Assembly: GCF_001194135.2 (NCBI RefSeq)
Contig: NC_068990.1
Coordinates: forward strand, 68,287,236 to 68,327,179
Source of the DNA: Octopus bimaculoides
Taxonomy: Eukaryota
DNA length: 39,944 nucleotides
Reading direction: 5' to 3'
Part shown: piece after piece, positions 1 through 12,289 of the stretch
How the letters are laid out: the number at the start of each line of letters is the position of its first letter
Position numbering within the stretch: the stretch's first letter is position 1
Notes under the pieces: model-generated
What the model was told of the DNA's origin: nothing
What the model saw: the letters and a program-made list of their open reading frames with translations, nothing else
The model's database searches: none
Program-made: the position numbers and the translations under genes

Positions 1-54
1 TATATATATATATATGTAGACAAACATACATATGTGTGTGTATTTATATTCTGT

Positions 55-210
55 TCTCCCACGCAGCTTGACAACCAGCGGTTCGGGAAAACGATAGGAT
101 AAATTACTAGAATTAAAAAGAAGAATGAATACAGTTCTCGACTAAAATCCTTCAAGCACTGCCCCAGCATGGCCGCAGTCCATTGACTGTTTCAAGTAAG
201 AGATAACAGA
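55..210 (+). mobile_element. 3' fragment of a tRNA-derived SINE (family A, CORE-like)
   Basis: cttgacaacc...ctcgactaaaatccttcaag...ccagcatggccgcagtc...caagtaag matches the 3' half of the fuller copy at 15959-16355. Confidence 0.7.
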
Positions 211-984
211 AATTTAGACTTTCCTTTAAGTCCTTTGCAACTATACCTTCTTCTCTATAACAATATTTCCTCCTATCATAGTTAATATATTTATCAATTT
301 ACTTTAAACTCATTTACTATTAACTTTAAACTAATTAACTATTTAATTTATTCAACTATTGTAGTTCGAATAGCAATTTATCTAGTATGTTCTATCTCAC
401 ATTATTAATCCACATCAGGATTGTTCTTAATATTCTAAATATTTTTGTGCATTTTTTAATACTTTAATTTCATCTAGTTATTTTGTGTCCCCTTAAATTT
501 CGTGTCCATTTTATTTAATTTTATCTCATAAATTGATCTCTTTTCTAGTTTCGAAATTTAATCAACCTCGTTTCTCTTATCTCACATTATCTCATTTCAT
601 ACTGAATATTTCATATTTCTTTATTTCTTAGTTTCTTTTATACTTTTCATACATACCACGTATCTTATCATCCAACCTAATACTTAAATACTTAGTTTAT
701 ACTCATTTTGCTTTATCATTAACTTATCATCCCCCCCTCTCCCCCTCTCTCTCTTGTTTCATCCTACCTCAAAATATTTTCAATTTGTTTTCCCATCCCT
801 TTATCAGCTGCTTGCGCAAAATTTCCGATACTTTCTAATTTTGTCACTTATTTCTTTTACTAAATTCTCTGTTTCAGTTGCCTCAAGGAGTATACAATAT
901 TATAAACAGCCTTACATCTTCAGTATAATATTTACTTCCAAAACAAGTCTGCAAATATGCTTCTTCATTATTATTTCATATTTC

Positions 985-1018
<34 letters not shown>

Positions 1019-1045
1019 TATTATTGTTGTTGTTGTTGTTGTTAG
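985..1045. repeat. Compound (TCA)n(TTA)n(TTG)n microsatellite
   Basis: Read directly from sequence. Confidence 0.95.
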
Positions 1046-1046
1046 T

Positions 1047-1235
1047 AGCACGCCGGGAAAAGTGCTTAGCGGCATTTCGTCCGTCTTTGTGTTCTGAGTT
1101 CAAATTCCGCCAGGTCGACTTTGCCTTTCATCTTTTCGGGGTCGATAAATTAAGTATCAGTGAAACACTGAAGTCGATGTAAACAACTTAATCCCTTCCT
1201 CAAAATTGCTGCCCTTGTGACAAAATCTGAAACTA
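1047..1235 (+). mobile_element. tRNA-derived SINE (family B, possibly Meta-domain type), 5'-truncated
   Basis: tagcacgccggg...gagttcaaattcc (B-box-like)...gtcgactttgcctttcatcttttcggggtcgataaattaagta; the same sequence recurs more than 10 times in the window. The superfamily name is from memory. Confidence 0.85.
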
Positions 1236-1251
1236 TTATCATCATCATCAT

Positions 1252-1271
1252 CATTATTATCATTATTGTTA

Positions 1272-1330
<59 letters not shown>
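1252..1330. repeat. (TTA)n microsatellite forming the 3' tail or target of the adjacent LINE
   Basis: Read directly from sequence. Confidence 0.95.
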
Positions 1331-1650
1331 CACTAGTCTTATTTTCATCACGTGCTTTCACTGTACTACCAGGAGCAGCTCTGTGCGCCTTGGATGTGTG
1401 CTGTGGTTTGTGGTGGTGCTCTTATTTTCACTGTATTGAAAGTGTTTTATGGAGGATGTGAGCGGTACCTAATAGTGCTATTTTCTGTACGTTACAGATG
1501 CTTGTAAGTCCTCGTGGTTTTGTTATGTATTTGTCTGAATAGTTTTTATCATACTTAATGCTCCTGCAATGATAGGAAGTGTTTCTGTTTTTAGGCTTCA
1601 CATTCGAGTTACCCCTATTTCTAGATCTTAATTGCTTGTTTTTAGGCTTA
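1331..1650 (-). mobile_element. R4/Dong-like non-LTR retrotransposon 3' fragment (RLE C-terminus plus 3' UTR)
   Basis: Minus-strand translation DLEIGVTRM*SLKTETLPIIAGALSMIK...NVQKIALLGTAHILHKTLSIQ* fits the K-Y-x-DL...IPxxxGALG...QKxALLGTAxILR terminus of RLE LINEs; (TAA)n on both sides. Confidence 0.85.
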
Positions 1651-1656
1651 TCATCA

Positions 1657-1732
<76 letters not shown>
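1651..1732. repeat. (TCA)n(TTA)n microsatellite
   Basis: Read directly from sequence. Confidence 0.95.
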
Positions 1733-1733
<1 letters not shown>

Positions 1734-2042
1734 TCGCTAGTCTCTTAGTTTTTCAAGTTCATTTTATCGATATATTTAATATTTCACTCTCTCAATATGG
1801 CAATTCTGTACAGCCTTTGTTCGGCCTATTCATCCCTCATCGACTTCACTTCTGCTCTCCTTTTCATTTCTTTCCAAGCTATTCGTTCTCTGTTTATAGA
1901 AACTTTCCTGTCATGATTTCGATGCTTTGGCAAATTTCGATGAGACTGAAAATAGTTTGCAACAAAACTCAGATTATCATACTTCGAATCCATTAATGTT
2001 TATGATTGTGGCTTGCTAATGTCTTACAGACAACACTTTCTA

Positions 2043-2077
<35 letters not shown>

Positions 2078-2395
2078 NNNNNNNNNNNNNNNNNNNNNNN
2101 NNNNNNNNNNNNNNNNNNNNNNNNNNNNNNNNNNNNNNNNNNNNNNNNNNNNNNNNNNNNNNNNNNNNNNNNNNNNNNNNNNNNNNNNNNNNNNNNNNNN
2201 NNNNNNNNNNNNNNNNNNNNNNNNNNNNNNNNNNNNNNNNNNNNNNNNNNNNNNNNNNNNNNNNNNNNNNNNNNNNNNNNNNNNNNNNNNNNNNNNNNNN
2301 NNNNNNNNNNNNNNNNNNNNNNNNNNNNNNNNNNNNNNNNNNNNNNNNNNNNNNNNNNNNNNNNNNNNNNNNNNNNNNNNNNNNNNNNNNNNNNN
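2078..2395. other. Assembly gap (N run) flanked by (TA)n
   Basis: N bases. Confidence 1.
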
Positions 2396-2476
2396 ATATA
2401 TATAAATTTCACGATTACCAGAATGAAATCTAGTTTCCGCTCGTCAGCAGAGTATAGTACCAAAATATGTATTTTG

Positions 2477-2512
<36 letters not shown>

Positions 2513-3949
2513 TATACTTACATACATACACATATATATGCAGGTGTGAGAGAGTGAGAAAGAGGAAGAGAGAGAAAGAGAGATGGATGCAGAGAAAATG
2601 AGAAAAGAATCAGAAAACGTGACCAATGTTTGTTTGTTTATGTTTATACTATTTGTCTATGTATTTCAGAGATAAGCTCCACTCTCTAGCATGTTCATGG
2701 TTTTCGTAACGTATCGCACCTGCCGGCGCACATTTTGCATTATATATGTATACATGCATGCGCGCGTGCGAGTGTGTGTATAGAGTGTGTATGTCTATCA
2801 CAGTAGTGTGAAATATAGTTAAGCGAAAGATATTCTTGAACACTTGCATAAAAGGAATAATCGTATTTATCTACTGCTAAGTCTGTGTTACTACCCGAAA
2901 TTTCTCGTGCGCATGTATGTGCATATGTTCTTGCTCTATATAACCAAAGCTTAGAGTTTAAACAATGGCTTCATGCATTTATATGTATATTTACAATGTT
3001 CAGTGATTAATACGGAAGTATTTATTTGTTAAGGTTTGTTATAACTACATTTACTTGAACAAATCGAGTTTTCTGTTGTTGAGTGAAAAAGAAAATATCC
3101 ATGAAATGGGCCTTATGTCGAAACTGTCAGTAAATCTCTAAGTATAACAAATGTTTGTTCTCGCATGTTGACTTAAGCTTACGCTGGAAATTGACACAAG
3201 AAAAATTCAAATATTCTTGAAAGAAATTCGATTTATTTGAAGAGTGAATATAGGACGATACACAGATGAGATTTGACAGCAAGGAACACATACAGCGTTT
3301 ATAAACCACAAGAAATACAAAGCTACAAAGTTAGATGAAAGGTTAAAGGGTAACACTAACAAAACAACGAATTTGCTGGTAAGATTCTTAGAAGACAGAA
3401 ATAAATGTAATCCGAGAACAGTAAGCACCTGTTTAGAGGATTCCTTTTTAAGTTTGGTAAACAATTGTTTCGTATAAAGAATGTTGAGATATATTAAATA
3501 GCAGAATCAACTGAACAGTTTTTCATGGGAATATTTTGATATTACTTTATCTAAATATCCATCTATTCTGTATAACTTTAGTCTAACAATCCTTTGAATA
3601 GTTTTATTTGCAGCCAATAATGAGGAAGAATTGCTGAATACGAAGACCTAATGGCGCATTCTAGGTAATATGCAAATGATTGTCGCCGCATTACAACAAT
3701 GGTTGAATAATTACATGTGTAGCTTATGGAAGATCAGAGATGTTCCAGTTTGTTGAAGAATTGGTGAGTATTTACGCTATCAAGATTGATAATACAAAGA
3801 ATTCTGAATTGGTGTAGAAACTTTATGAGAAATTAATTCAGATAGCTTGATGTTTTCAGAGTCTAGTTGATAGTATTTAGAATAGGCTTTATTTAATAAG
3901 TATTTATATAAGGCGATAAAGGGTGTTATGAATTAAATATCTAACTGTC

Positions 3950-5220
3950 TGGTGAAATATTGTCAGACTTCAACAGAGGCACTGAGAGATTCTAAACCGA
4001 TCACTCAGTAAACATATACCGTCTGTCGACTTAATGAAAATAATTTACATCTGTCCTGGTTTATCACGGGAGTGGGAGTTGTAGATGGTTGCTGGGGCGC
4101 ATTTATGTGGTACGAGTAGAATCTTCTACTGATCGCCGACCCGTGCTATCACAGTTCACTCTGTGTTAAATGTAACATGGTCCACATTTGAGTGTACCGT
4201 GTTATCCTGGATCAGCGATGAATGAATCATCGATAGAAGTGGCTACATATATAAGAAAACCAGGTCTAAACTAAACAAGTTGGAGAGTATACGAGAAATA
4301 TTTGCAGATGGTGACTACGTTATATGTGTGTAGTAAAGGAGGTATGATGACAAGGATGGGGTTATGTGGAAATATTTTTTCAGCATCAGAGCGAGGAAAG
4401 TGAAAGAAACAATACTCTGAGTTTTGCAATGAGTGTAAGTAATCATGGCAAGTCGTTAATGAAAATAAGCCCATAATTAGGGCACCAAGTGAAAAAATTT
4501 CGAAGTTAGGAGTGTTCAACTCATGAATGCATTGTACCCTTGAACAAGTCACTCTTTGTTACTTCAGTCTATTCAGATGTAATGTGTAGTAGCTAGATGC
4601 TGGTGTAGCCCTCTCTTGCTCCAGTTATCACATCCTAAATTTGCTGCTGTTTTGAATTAACGTAGAGAAATTAGAACAATTAGTGAAAATATGGTGCATG
4701 TCAGCAAGTCATACTCGCTTGAAGTACCAGTTGACTGTATTTAGGAAAGATGCACTACCGCGTTTTTCCCTCGTGATAGATTTAACATCTGGCAAAGGTT
4801 TCCATTTTTAACAAATAACGCGTTAAACATTGCGTTTTCACCGTTTGTTCTAGATATAAACAAATAATTTACCCTCTCATTACTCACCACTATTTAGAGT
4901 TAAATAACTATAATTATGCAACAAATTGTCTTCAAGATAGTCGTGAGTCTGGTTTGAGAAATGATTTGGAAGAAAACTAAATTTTTAATCAATTATTTGA
5001 TATTCATCATTTATATGTTAGTGTCTTGTCAGTAAGACTCTGGAAGAGTTGAGGCGGAACCATTGTTGTCTTGGGTTTAGGACATCAATTGGCCTTAATT
5101 CGGCCCTGAAAGTTATGTATGGTGTCAACCGGTCATTCGATCCATAACTCTGTATTCTTAGAAAATCACTCCATTTGTTGGAAATAAGCCAATGAATTGT
5201 ATTAGTCTCTGGATATGTGA
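3950..5220 (-). mobile_element. Highly decayed Ty3/Gypsy pol relic (RT, connection, integrase zinc region)
   Basis: Colinear degenerate motifs on the minus strand with stops and frameshifts: LAYFQ (~5190), VPPQLFQSLTDKTL (~5050), ERVNYL (~4870), KWKPLPDVKS..SFLNTVNWY (~4740), ILLVP..IYNSHSRDKPG and DRCKL..RQTVY (~4120-4010). Confidence 0.45.
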
Positions 5221-5648
5221 CAGATATTCAAAACAACATTACGGAGATACGGAAGAAGTTAGAGAGCGAATTAACTTAGAGAAATAACAAGACGGGACTT
5301 TATATCAATCTGGCAGCTCAACAAATTTGGGAATTAAGAATTCAAGTGATTGACATAAACACTGAACACACATAACTATAATATATCGCCACACTTAACA
5401 AATTGTTAGAAAGAGAGTAATGTTATTTATAGTAGATTTAAATATTGTAAGTTTAATAGGCCTGAATTGAGTTTATACAACGATTGTAATTTCTCTGATT
5501 CTGTGTGCTTCCCATCACCTTTAAACAGTATATTTCCTAGGTAGCATCTCTGCTCAACAAGCAATTCGGTTTTTCTCTCTGTGTATGTAGTATTCTGCAT
5601 TCACTGATCTATCAAGTAGTAATTGTTTCTTTGAATTCGAAAATGCTG

Positions 5649-5678
5649 TCAGTCTGTCTGTCTGTCTGTCTCTTTATT

Positions 5679-5753
<75 letters not shown>

Positions 5754-5770
5754 CTGTCTCTCTGTCTCTC
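5649..5770. repeat. (TCTG)n(TTTC)n microsatellite
   Basis: Read directly from sequence. Confidence 0.95.
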
Positions 5771-5936
5771 GCTATCTTGCTTTCTCTACTGAACAAATTC
5801 GATACGACTCTCAATAAATTTATTAACATCTGACTATACACTTGCAGCGAGTCATTTTCTAGTTAATGTTCGCTGCGTTTATAATTTTATAATCTATATA
5901 TTTTATGACTATAAAATAACATCCCTTAACTCTGCA

Positions 5937-5967
<31 letters not shown>

Positions 5968-6339
5968 AAACAAAACAAACCATGTGAAATTGTTTATAAG
6001 ATATTTAGTCATTCTGTGAAACGCATATTTCATAAATATGAGGCGATAAGTGGTTACATTATGTGAATTACATATTAACGTTTTATTGTCAAATCATCAG
6101 AGACATGTAAAAGTTATAAGCAACATTATTTAAAAAAATGTTGACACTGAAACCCATGATTCATAAGAAAGGATGCGAATACAATAACACGAGCGGTGAT
6201 ATACATAAGGTTCTAAGTACTAGCTATTTGTCATACAATTATTTAAGGTTTAAATTGCACTGGGTCAATATGAAAATGTACACATGCACACACAAATATA
6301 TATATAGTAATGCTCATTTATATATATATATATATATAT

Positions 6340-7076
6340 NNNNNNNNNNNNNNNNNNNNNNNNNNNNNNNNNNNNNNNNNNNNNNNNNNNNNNNNNNNNN
6401 NNNNNNNNNNNNNNNNNNNNNNNNNNNNNNNNNNNNNNNNNNNNNNNNNNNNNNNNNNNNNNNNNNNNNNNNNNNNNNNNNNNNNNNNNNNNNNNNNNNN
6501 NNNNNNNNNNNNNNNNNNNNNNNNNNNNNNNNNNNNNNNNNNNNNNNNNNNNNNNNNNNNNNNNNNNNNNNNNNNNNNNNNNNNNNNNNNNNNNNNNNNN
6601 NNNNNNNNNNNNNNNNNNNNNNNNNNNNNNNNNNNNNNNNNNNNNNNNNNNNNNNNNNNNNNNNNNNNNNNNNNNNNNNNNNNNNNNNNNNNNNNNNNNN
6701 NNNNNNNNNNNNNNNNNNNNNNNNNNNNNNNNNNNNNNNNNNNNNNNNNNNNNNNNNNNNNNNNNNNNNNNNNNNNNNNNNNNNNNNNNNNNNNNNNNNN
6801 NNNNNNNNNNNNNNNNNNNNNNNNNNNNNNNNNNNNNNNNNNNNNNNNNNNNNNNNNNNNNNNNNNNNNNNNNNNNNNNNNNNNNNNNNNNNNNNNNNNN
6901 NNNNNNNNNNNNNNNNNNNNNNNNNNNNNNNNNNNNNNNNNNNNNNNNNNNNNNNNNNNNNNNNNNNNNNNNNNNNNNNNNNNNNNNNNNNNNNNNNNNN
7001 NNNNNNNNNNNNNNNNNNNNNNNNNNNNNNNNNNNNNNNNNNNNNNNNNNNNNNNNNNNNNNNNNNNNNNNNNNNN
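6340..7076. other. Assembly gap (N run)
   Basis: N bases. Confidence 1.
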
Positions 7077-7290
7077 GAAATCTACTGTGATGGAAGGATT
7101 ACTATTATACCAAAACTTCTTTGCAATCATATTGTTCCCTCCATATAGTGAACCAAAAGTATATATGTAAGGCTCGACAAATCGAAAGTACTTTACAATA
7201 AGGTAAAGGTGACTAGCATGAAACTTCAAAGTCACTGTCAACTTTGGATCATGTAAATCTGTGAACAACAACTTGAAATCGACGAGAAAG
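7077..7290 (+). mobile_element. Possible decayed Gypsy integrase zinc-region fragment
   Basis: EIYCDGRITIIPKLLCNHIVPSI** followed by SCK(frameshift)CEQ resembles RIVIPxxLRxxILxxLH...CxxCQ. Confidence 0.25.
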
Positions 7291-8060
7291 AAATAACAAA
7301 CTACTAATAAGAACTGAACTATGTATCTGTCACTTACCGAACAAACATGTATCTTTTTATACGATACGAAGAATATTGTGGCTTTAATATTTGTTATTTC
7401 TTTTTAAAAAATGATGGCAATTTATTATTAATTCATATTTATTTCATTTACTTCCTGTTTATATTTTAAACTATGATGCTGTATCTTACTAAATCACACG
7501 ATTGTAGAAGAAGTCTAATGCTGCTTTGCTAAATCGCTGATGAAAATCGAATGAAACCTTTGAGCAAGCATAATCTCAATGTAACTGTGTGCAATTGTAC
7601 ACTCAATTGTAGCAGAGTAAGAAATTTTTCTGCATAAAAAGAAATATAGTTATGAAGAGGATTATATATTTAATGCAGTGACCAAGAGCAAAAAATAAAA
7701 CATGTTAGAGAGAGTACCAGACATAAACTGAAATTGTTTACAAATTAGTATATATGTCCTGTGACCTTAAGATGTGTGGTTCCATTTCCATCTTTGGAGT
7801 TGTTTGGTTTTGATTTAAAATTTTTGATTATAAATGGAAACTCTTTTTCTTGTTTGTACATGCACTTGTTTTATAATTATTGCGTGAGTAGAGCTTATTA
7901 ATATCCTATCAATACATTTACGTACCTGTGCATATACAAACACTGACCACACGCGCGCGCGCGTATATAATTATACTTATACATGTATTAGTATACATTA
8001 GTACGTGAATCTGTTTATAAATGCTTGCCATTGTATCTGTGTATACAGATACGTTTCTAC

Positions 8061-8254
8061 CCTTGGCATAAAGCCCGAATTTTTGTGGAAGGGAGCCAGT
8101 CGATTAAATCGATCCCCCCCCAGTGCACAGCTGGTACTTAATTTATCGACCCCTAAAAGATGAAAGGGAAAGTCGACCTCTTCGGTATTTGAACTCAGAA
8201 CATAAAGACAGACGAAATACTGCTAAGTATTTCGCCAGCTCGCCGAACTTTCTG
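8061..8254 (-). mobile_element. SINE family B copy
   Basis: ctggtacttaatttatcgacccc..aagatgaaagggaaagtcgacctc..tttgaactcagaac is the reverse complement of the family B core. Confidence 0.85.
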
Positions 8255-8289
8255 TGAGTGTGTGTGTGTATGTGTGTGTATATACACAC

Positions 8290-8386
8290 ACATACATAGA
8301 TGCATGCATACGTACATATATACAAGCATCGATACATACATACATGCATACATACATACATACATACATACATACATACATACATC
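8290..8386. repeat. (ATAC)n microsatellite
   Basis: Read directly from sequence. Confidence 0.9.
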
Positions 8387-10105
8387 TATGCATGCATTGC
8401 GTAAATATATTTCAATACACGAGCTCATGTATACACAAAGCACCACAGCAGGATACCTGAAAGAAATCAAACCAGTGTTTTAATATTATCGCTGGAATAG
8501 AACTGCTTTCAACAATTCCTCAATAAAGCAGAAAATGCCTTATGGCAAACTTCAAACCAGCTGAGATGTAAGAGCAACAACCTCAAAGAAAGCCTACCAA
8601 ATCATGGAGATAAGCAGCAACGAAAGAAACGGTAAGGTAAATAATGGAATAAAGGGAGAAGAAAGAAATACTTAGAGTAAAATATCACACGCGTGGGATA
8701 TGGAATAATGTTAGTATATTATTCTATAAACAACACAGTAGCTACCGATATGGCTTATGCCAGGAAAAAATATGCGATAAATTACAAACGGCTAGTATCT
8801 GTACAATAAGATAAAGTAAGAAAGATTATATGCGCAAGATTAGCTGCTTAGGTAAAAAAAAAAACCCCAAAAACTAGCAACTGTAAAACAATTGAACATG
8901 ATAATAAAAACAAATGGACTGGTCATACAATGTATGTAGTTGCATATAATTCAACCTTCTGCCCGAAAGTCAAATTTGCTTAAATTTTCTGTATTAAATG
9001 GTTATCAGAGCTTTAATAGCTCAGTATTACTTGGTCTTTTGCAGGGTGATCAGATAATAAAATGATAACGATTGCTCAGTGACAAGTATCAAAATTCATT
9101 GGGTAGTATACAATGTAATAGTATACTATGTAATAAACCCGCCTGTGTTCGACATATGAAAATGTAAACGAATTAGAAACTAGTTTTATTGATAAATAAC
9201 CTTTCATTGAAGGAGTTACGCAGATTTTTGAAATTTTGAGACAGGTGAATTCCTTTTTCGGTGGCATTTGTGATGTATGGTGATTGTGATTGCAGATGTA
9301 ACCAAACCAAGAGTCAAACCTGTCTAGTGAGATTCGTCTAACTGGTATGAAAAAATTATTGAAAAACATATTAAAGTCATTTCAGAGCACCCTATAGATT
9401 GGTGGTTGCATTTTGAGCAATTTTGTTCTCCTCAGTACCAGATAACATTTACTAATTTCTTGTAGGAAAGCTAAGCTTTTCAGTCAGTTTAGAGTTGCTT
9501 GGCTTTTTAATCTGGTGCTCAGAGAGCAAAGAATCTCGAAATGCATGTATCAATGCATAGCGGTCGCTCTGAACTGAGTTTGATGTCTTTAACACATTTT
9601 GCCGAAAGCGAGAATTTTTCTCTATGAGAAACCACAGTGAAAATGCCATTTTACAGATCTAATATATCTCAATGTTTATGTAATTATAACTGAAAGACTA
9701 AAATGTCAACCATAAGCTAATCAGTTCAGTTAAATAAAGGGATTAACCATCAAACCCTTTTTATATTACAGTAATTCCTAGCTTTATTTTGCCTCGTTTT
9801 TTTTCCATATGCGTTCTCGTGAAACAACGAATTTGAAACAATCTTGCTTCCCCTTACCTACAAGTACGTCTATAAAATAAACCACAATATTAATAGCAGT
9901 AATAATATATATAGCTGTAAGGATGAGTTCTAAAACACTAATAATGGCTTTTACGTTAACATGAGGTCTTAATTATAGGGGAAAGAAAATCGCATGCTGT
10001 GACGTTTATTGCTTTCTAAACAGTTTTAATGATGTAAATGAAGGTTTCTAATTGTTAATAGAAGCACAATGGCGAGCTTACTTTGTTTTTTTTTTAGGTA
10101 TATGC

Positions 10106-10289
10106 GTGATTATGTAGTTTACATGCTCGCTTTGCAGCCACACAGTTTCAAACCCAGTTCCACTGCGTGGCACCTTGAGCAAATATCTTCTAAAATAGCC
10201 CTGGGCAAAGCAATGCCTTCTGATGGAAACTACGGGGAGGTCTGTCGTGTGTGTTTGTGTGTGCTTGCATGTATGTGTATGTGTGCTTG

Positions 10290-10348
<59 letters not shown>

Positions 10349-10862
10349 CTACTTGTGTGTTTTTGAGCTTGTTCCCCCCACCACACACACACGAATTGAC
10401 AACCGGTTCGCTTTGTTTACGTCACCGTAATGTAACGGTTCAATAAGTGTGTCGGATAGAACAAGTACGAGAGCTGAAAGTAAGTATTGGGGTGGATTTG
10501 TTCTATTATGTCTGTTGTAAAGCGATCTTTTGCCACTGTTGTATTGTCTTTTGACGACGGTTGTCACTCTGACAGATATTGTTATATTCTGAAGTCGTCG
10601 ACTCTCAGTCATACAGTGTTATCCTCGAAAGGTTGGATCGATATAACGTCCGCTCAGCATCATTGTATGATTACGATATCAACACAGTCTACACTTACTT
10701 CTCGACCTTTTGACTGTCTCCTGGCGACCGGCCACTGGTCTATTTATAATGGCTGGCTACTACCACCTTATACCGGGAGGGGTGTACACTTTCACTATAT
10801 AACAAAACCCTTCAAGCCAGCGTCCCAGCATGGCTACAGTCCAATGAGTGAAACAAGTGAAA
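10106..10862 (+). mobile_element. SINE family A copy split by an ~300 bp insertion
   Basis: cactgcgtggcaccttgagcaaatatct (CORE-like), internal (TG)n, ttgacaaccgg, ggggtggatttgttc; then resumes at aaacccttcaag..ccagcatggctacagtccaatgagtgaaacaagtg (10805-10862). Confidence 0.75.
10499..10804 (-). mobile_element. Candidate solo LTR nested in a SINE
   Basis: TGTT...AACA termini with imperfect inverted ends (tgttctat / atataaca; alternative left end tgttgta at 10513). On the minus strand TATAAATA lies ~60 bp from the start. No target-site duplication found. Confidence 0.5.
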
Positions 10863-10868
10863 CACACA

Positions 10869-10915
<47 letters not shown>

Positions 10916-10999
10916 GTGTGTGTGTACTGATTGCTGGAATCCAAACTGTCAGCACACACCTATACACAAAAACACACATACTTATATACAGGGATGAAA

Positions 11000-11130
11000 A
11001 GATTGTTCTATCAACTGAATTAGCTGCTCATTGAATGAGCATACATGTGGTTGAGTATTCCAAAACCTCGAGTATCTTTAACATAAATCTCAGACAGAAT
11101 TAGCGAGACTGTGTGAATTACAGATGGAAT
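11000..11130 (-). mobile_element. Degenerate SINE 3' fragment (family C)
   Basis: Similar to 35295-35417 (..gctcattgaatgagcatacatgtggttgagtattcca..). Confidence 0.4.
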
Positions 11131-11236
11131 TCATCCAACATGCTTCTCTACAATTTCTGTTTATTCAATTTGTGTCACAAGTCACGAGTCAATCCGAAAC
11201 AAGAAAAATTGAATTTTGCTCAAAATGCCTCACTAA

Positions 11237-11297
11237 GGTATCGAAACCGGGGCCTCATAGTTGGGGAAATCAATTTCTTAACCATTTGGCTATGCTT
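11237..11297 (-). mobile_element. tRNA-like SINE head
   Basis: Reverse complement has an A-box-like tagccaaatggttaag and a B-box-like ggtttcgatacc; no complete cloverleaf. Confidence 0.4.
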
Positions 11298-11494
11298 CGA
11301 CTATACGCATTTTCCTGCCTACCTTACTTTCTTATTACGCACGCACACCCCGCGCGCACACACACACATACATTTATAGTAGACATACAAACATGCCAAA
11401 TTCACTTGTTTCTCAGTGGGCTTATTTAATAAATGACCAACTGCCTGAATCAATTTTCGACCTTTCTTAGTATCGCCAGAGATGTCTTCTTCAC

Positions 11495-12014
11495 NNNNNN
11501 NNNNNNNNNNNNNNNNNNNNNNNNNNNNNNNNNNNNNNNNNNNNNNNNNNNNNNNNNNNNNNNNNNNNNNNNNNNNNNNNNNNNNNNNNNNNNNNNNNNN
11601 NNNNNNNNNNNNNNNNNNNNNNNNNNNNNNNNNNNNNNNNNNNNNNNNNNNNNNNNNNNNNNNNNNNNNNNNNNNNNNNNNNNNNNNNNNNNNNNNNNNN
11701 NNNNNNNNNNNNNNNNNNNNNNNNNNNNNNNNNNNNNNNNNNNNNNNNNNNNNNNNNNNNNNNNNNNNNNNNNNNNNNNNNNNNNNNNNNNNNNNNNNNN
11801 NNNNNNNNNNNNNNNNNNNNNNNNNNNNNNNNNNNNNNNNNNNNNNNNNNNNNNNNNNNNNNNNNNNNNNNNNNNNNNNNNNNNNNNNNNNNNNNNNNNN
11901 NNNNNNNNNNNNNNNNNNNNNNNNNNNNNNNNNNNNNNNNNNNNNNNNNNNNNNNNNNNNNNNNNNNNNNNNNNNNNNNNNNNNNNNNNNNNNNNNNNNN
12001 NNNNNNNNNNNNNN
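11495..12014. other. Assembly gap (N run)
   Basis: N bases. Confidence 1.
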
Positions 12015-12055
<41 letters not shown>

Positions 12056-12109
12056 ATGTATGTGTGTGTGTGTGTGTGTACACGTGCAAGGGGGCGGGGA
12101 ATCTAAATT

Positions 12110-12255
12110 GTTACCGTGTACCAAATTCACTCACAAGATATCGGTTGCGCCGTAGATAGAGAAAATACTTTTCCAGAGTATGACGCAGTAAGATTGGAAC
12201 CGAGAGCTACGTAATTTCGAAGTAGATTACTTCACCATATAACCGTGACTGCGCC
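12110..12255 (-). mobile_element. Degenerate SINE family A head
   Basis: taccaaattcactcacaag...gattggaacc...cttcaccatataacc resembles the reverse complement of 15960-16095. Confidence 0.5.
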
Positions 12256-12289
12256 TTCGTTTAATGCGAATGCACACACATAAAAATAT

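Noticed and set aside
3230-3480. Open stretch FINHKKYKATKLDERLKG..VNNCFV* on the + strand
   Set aside because: No start or splice context and no recognisable family; within chance for AT-rich DNA.
3614-3664. Segment bounded by ttgcag| and |gtaata
   Set aside because: Stop codons in all three frames.
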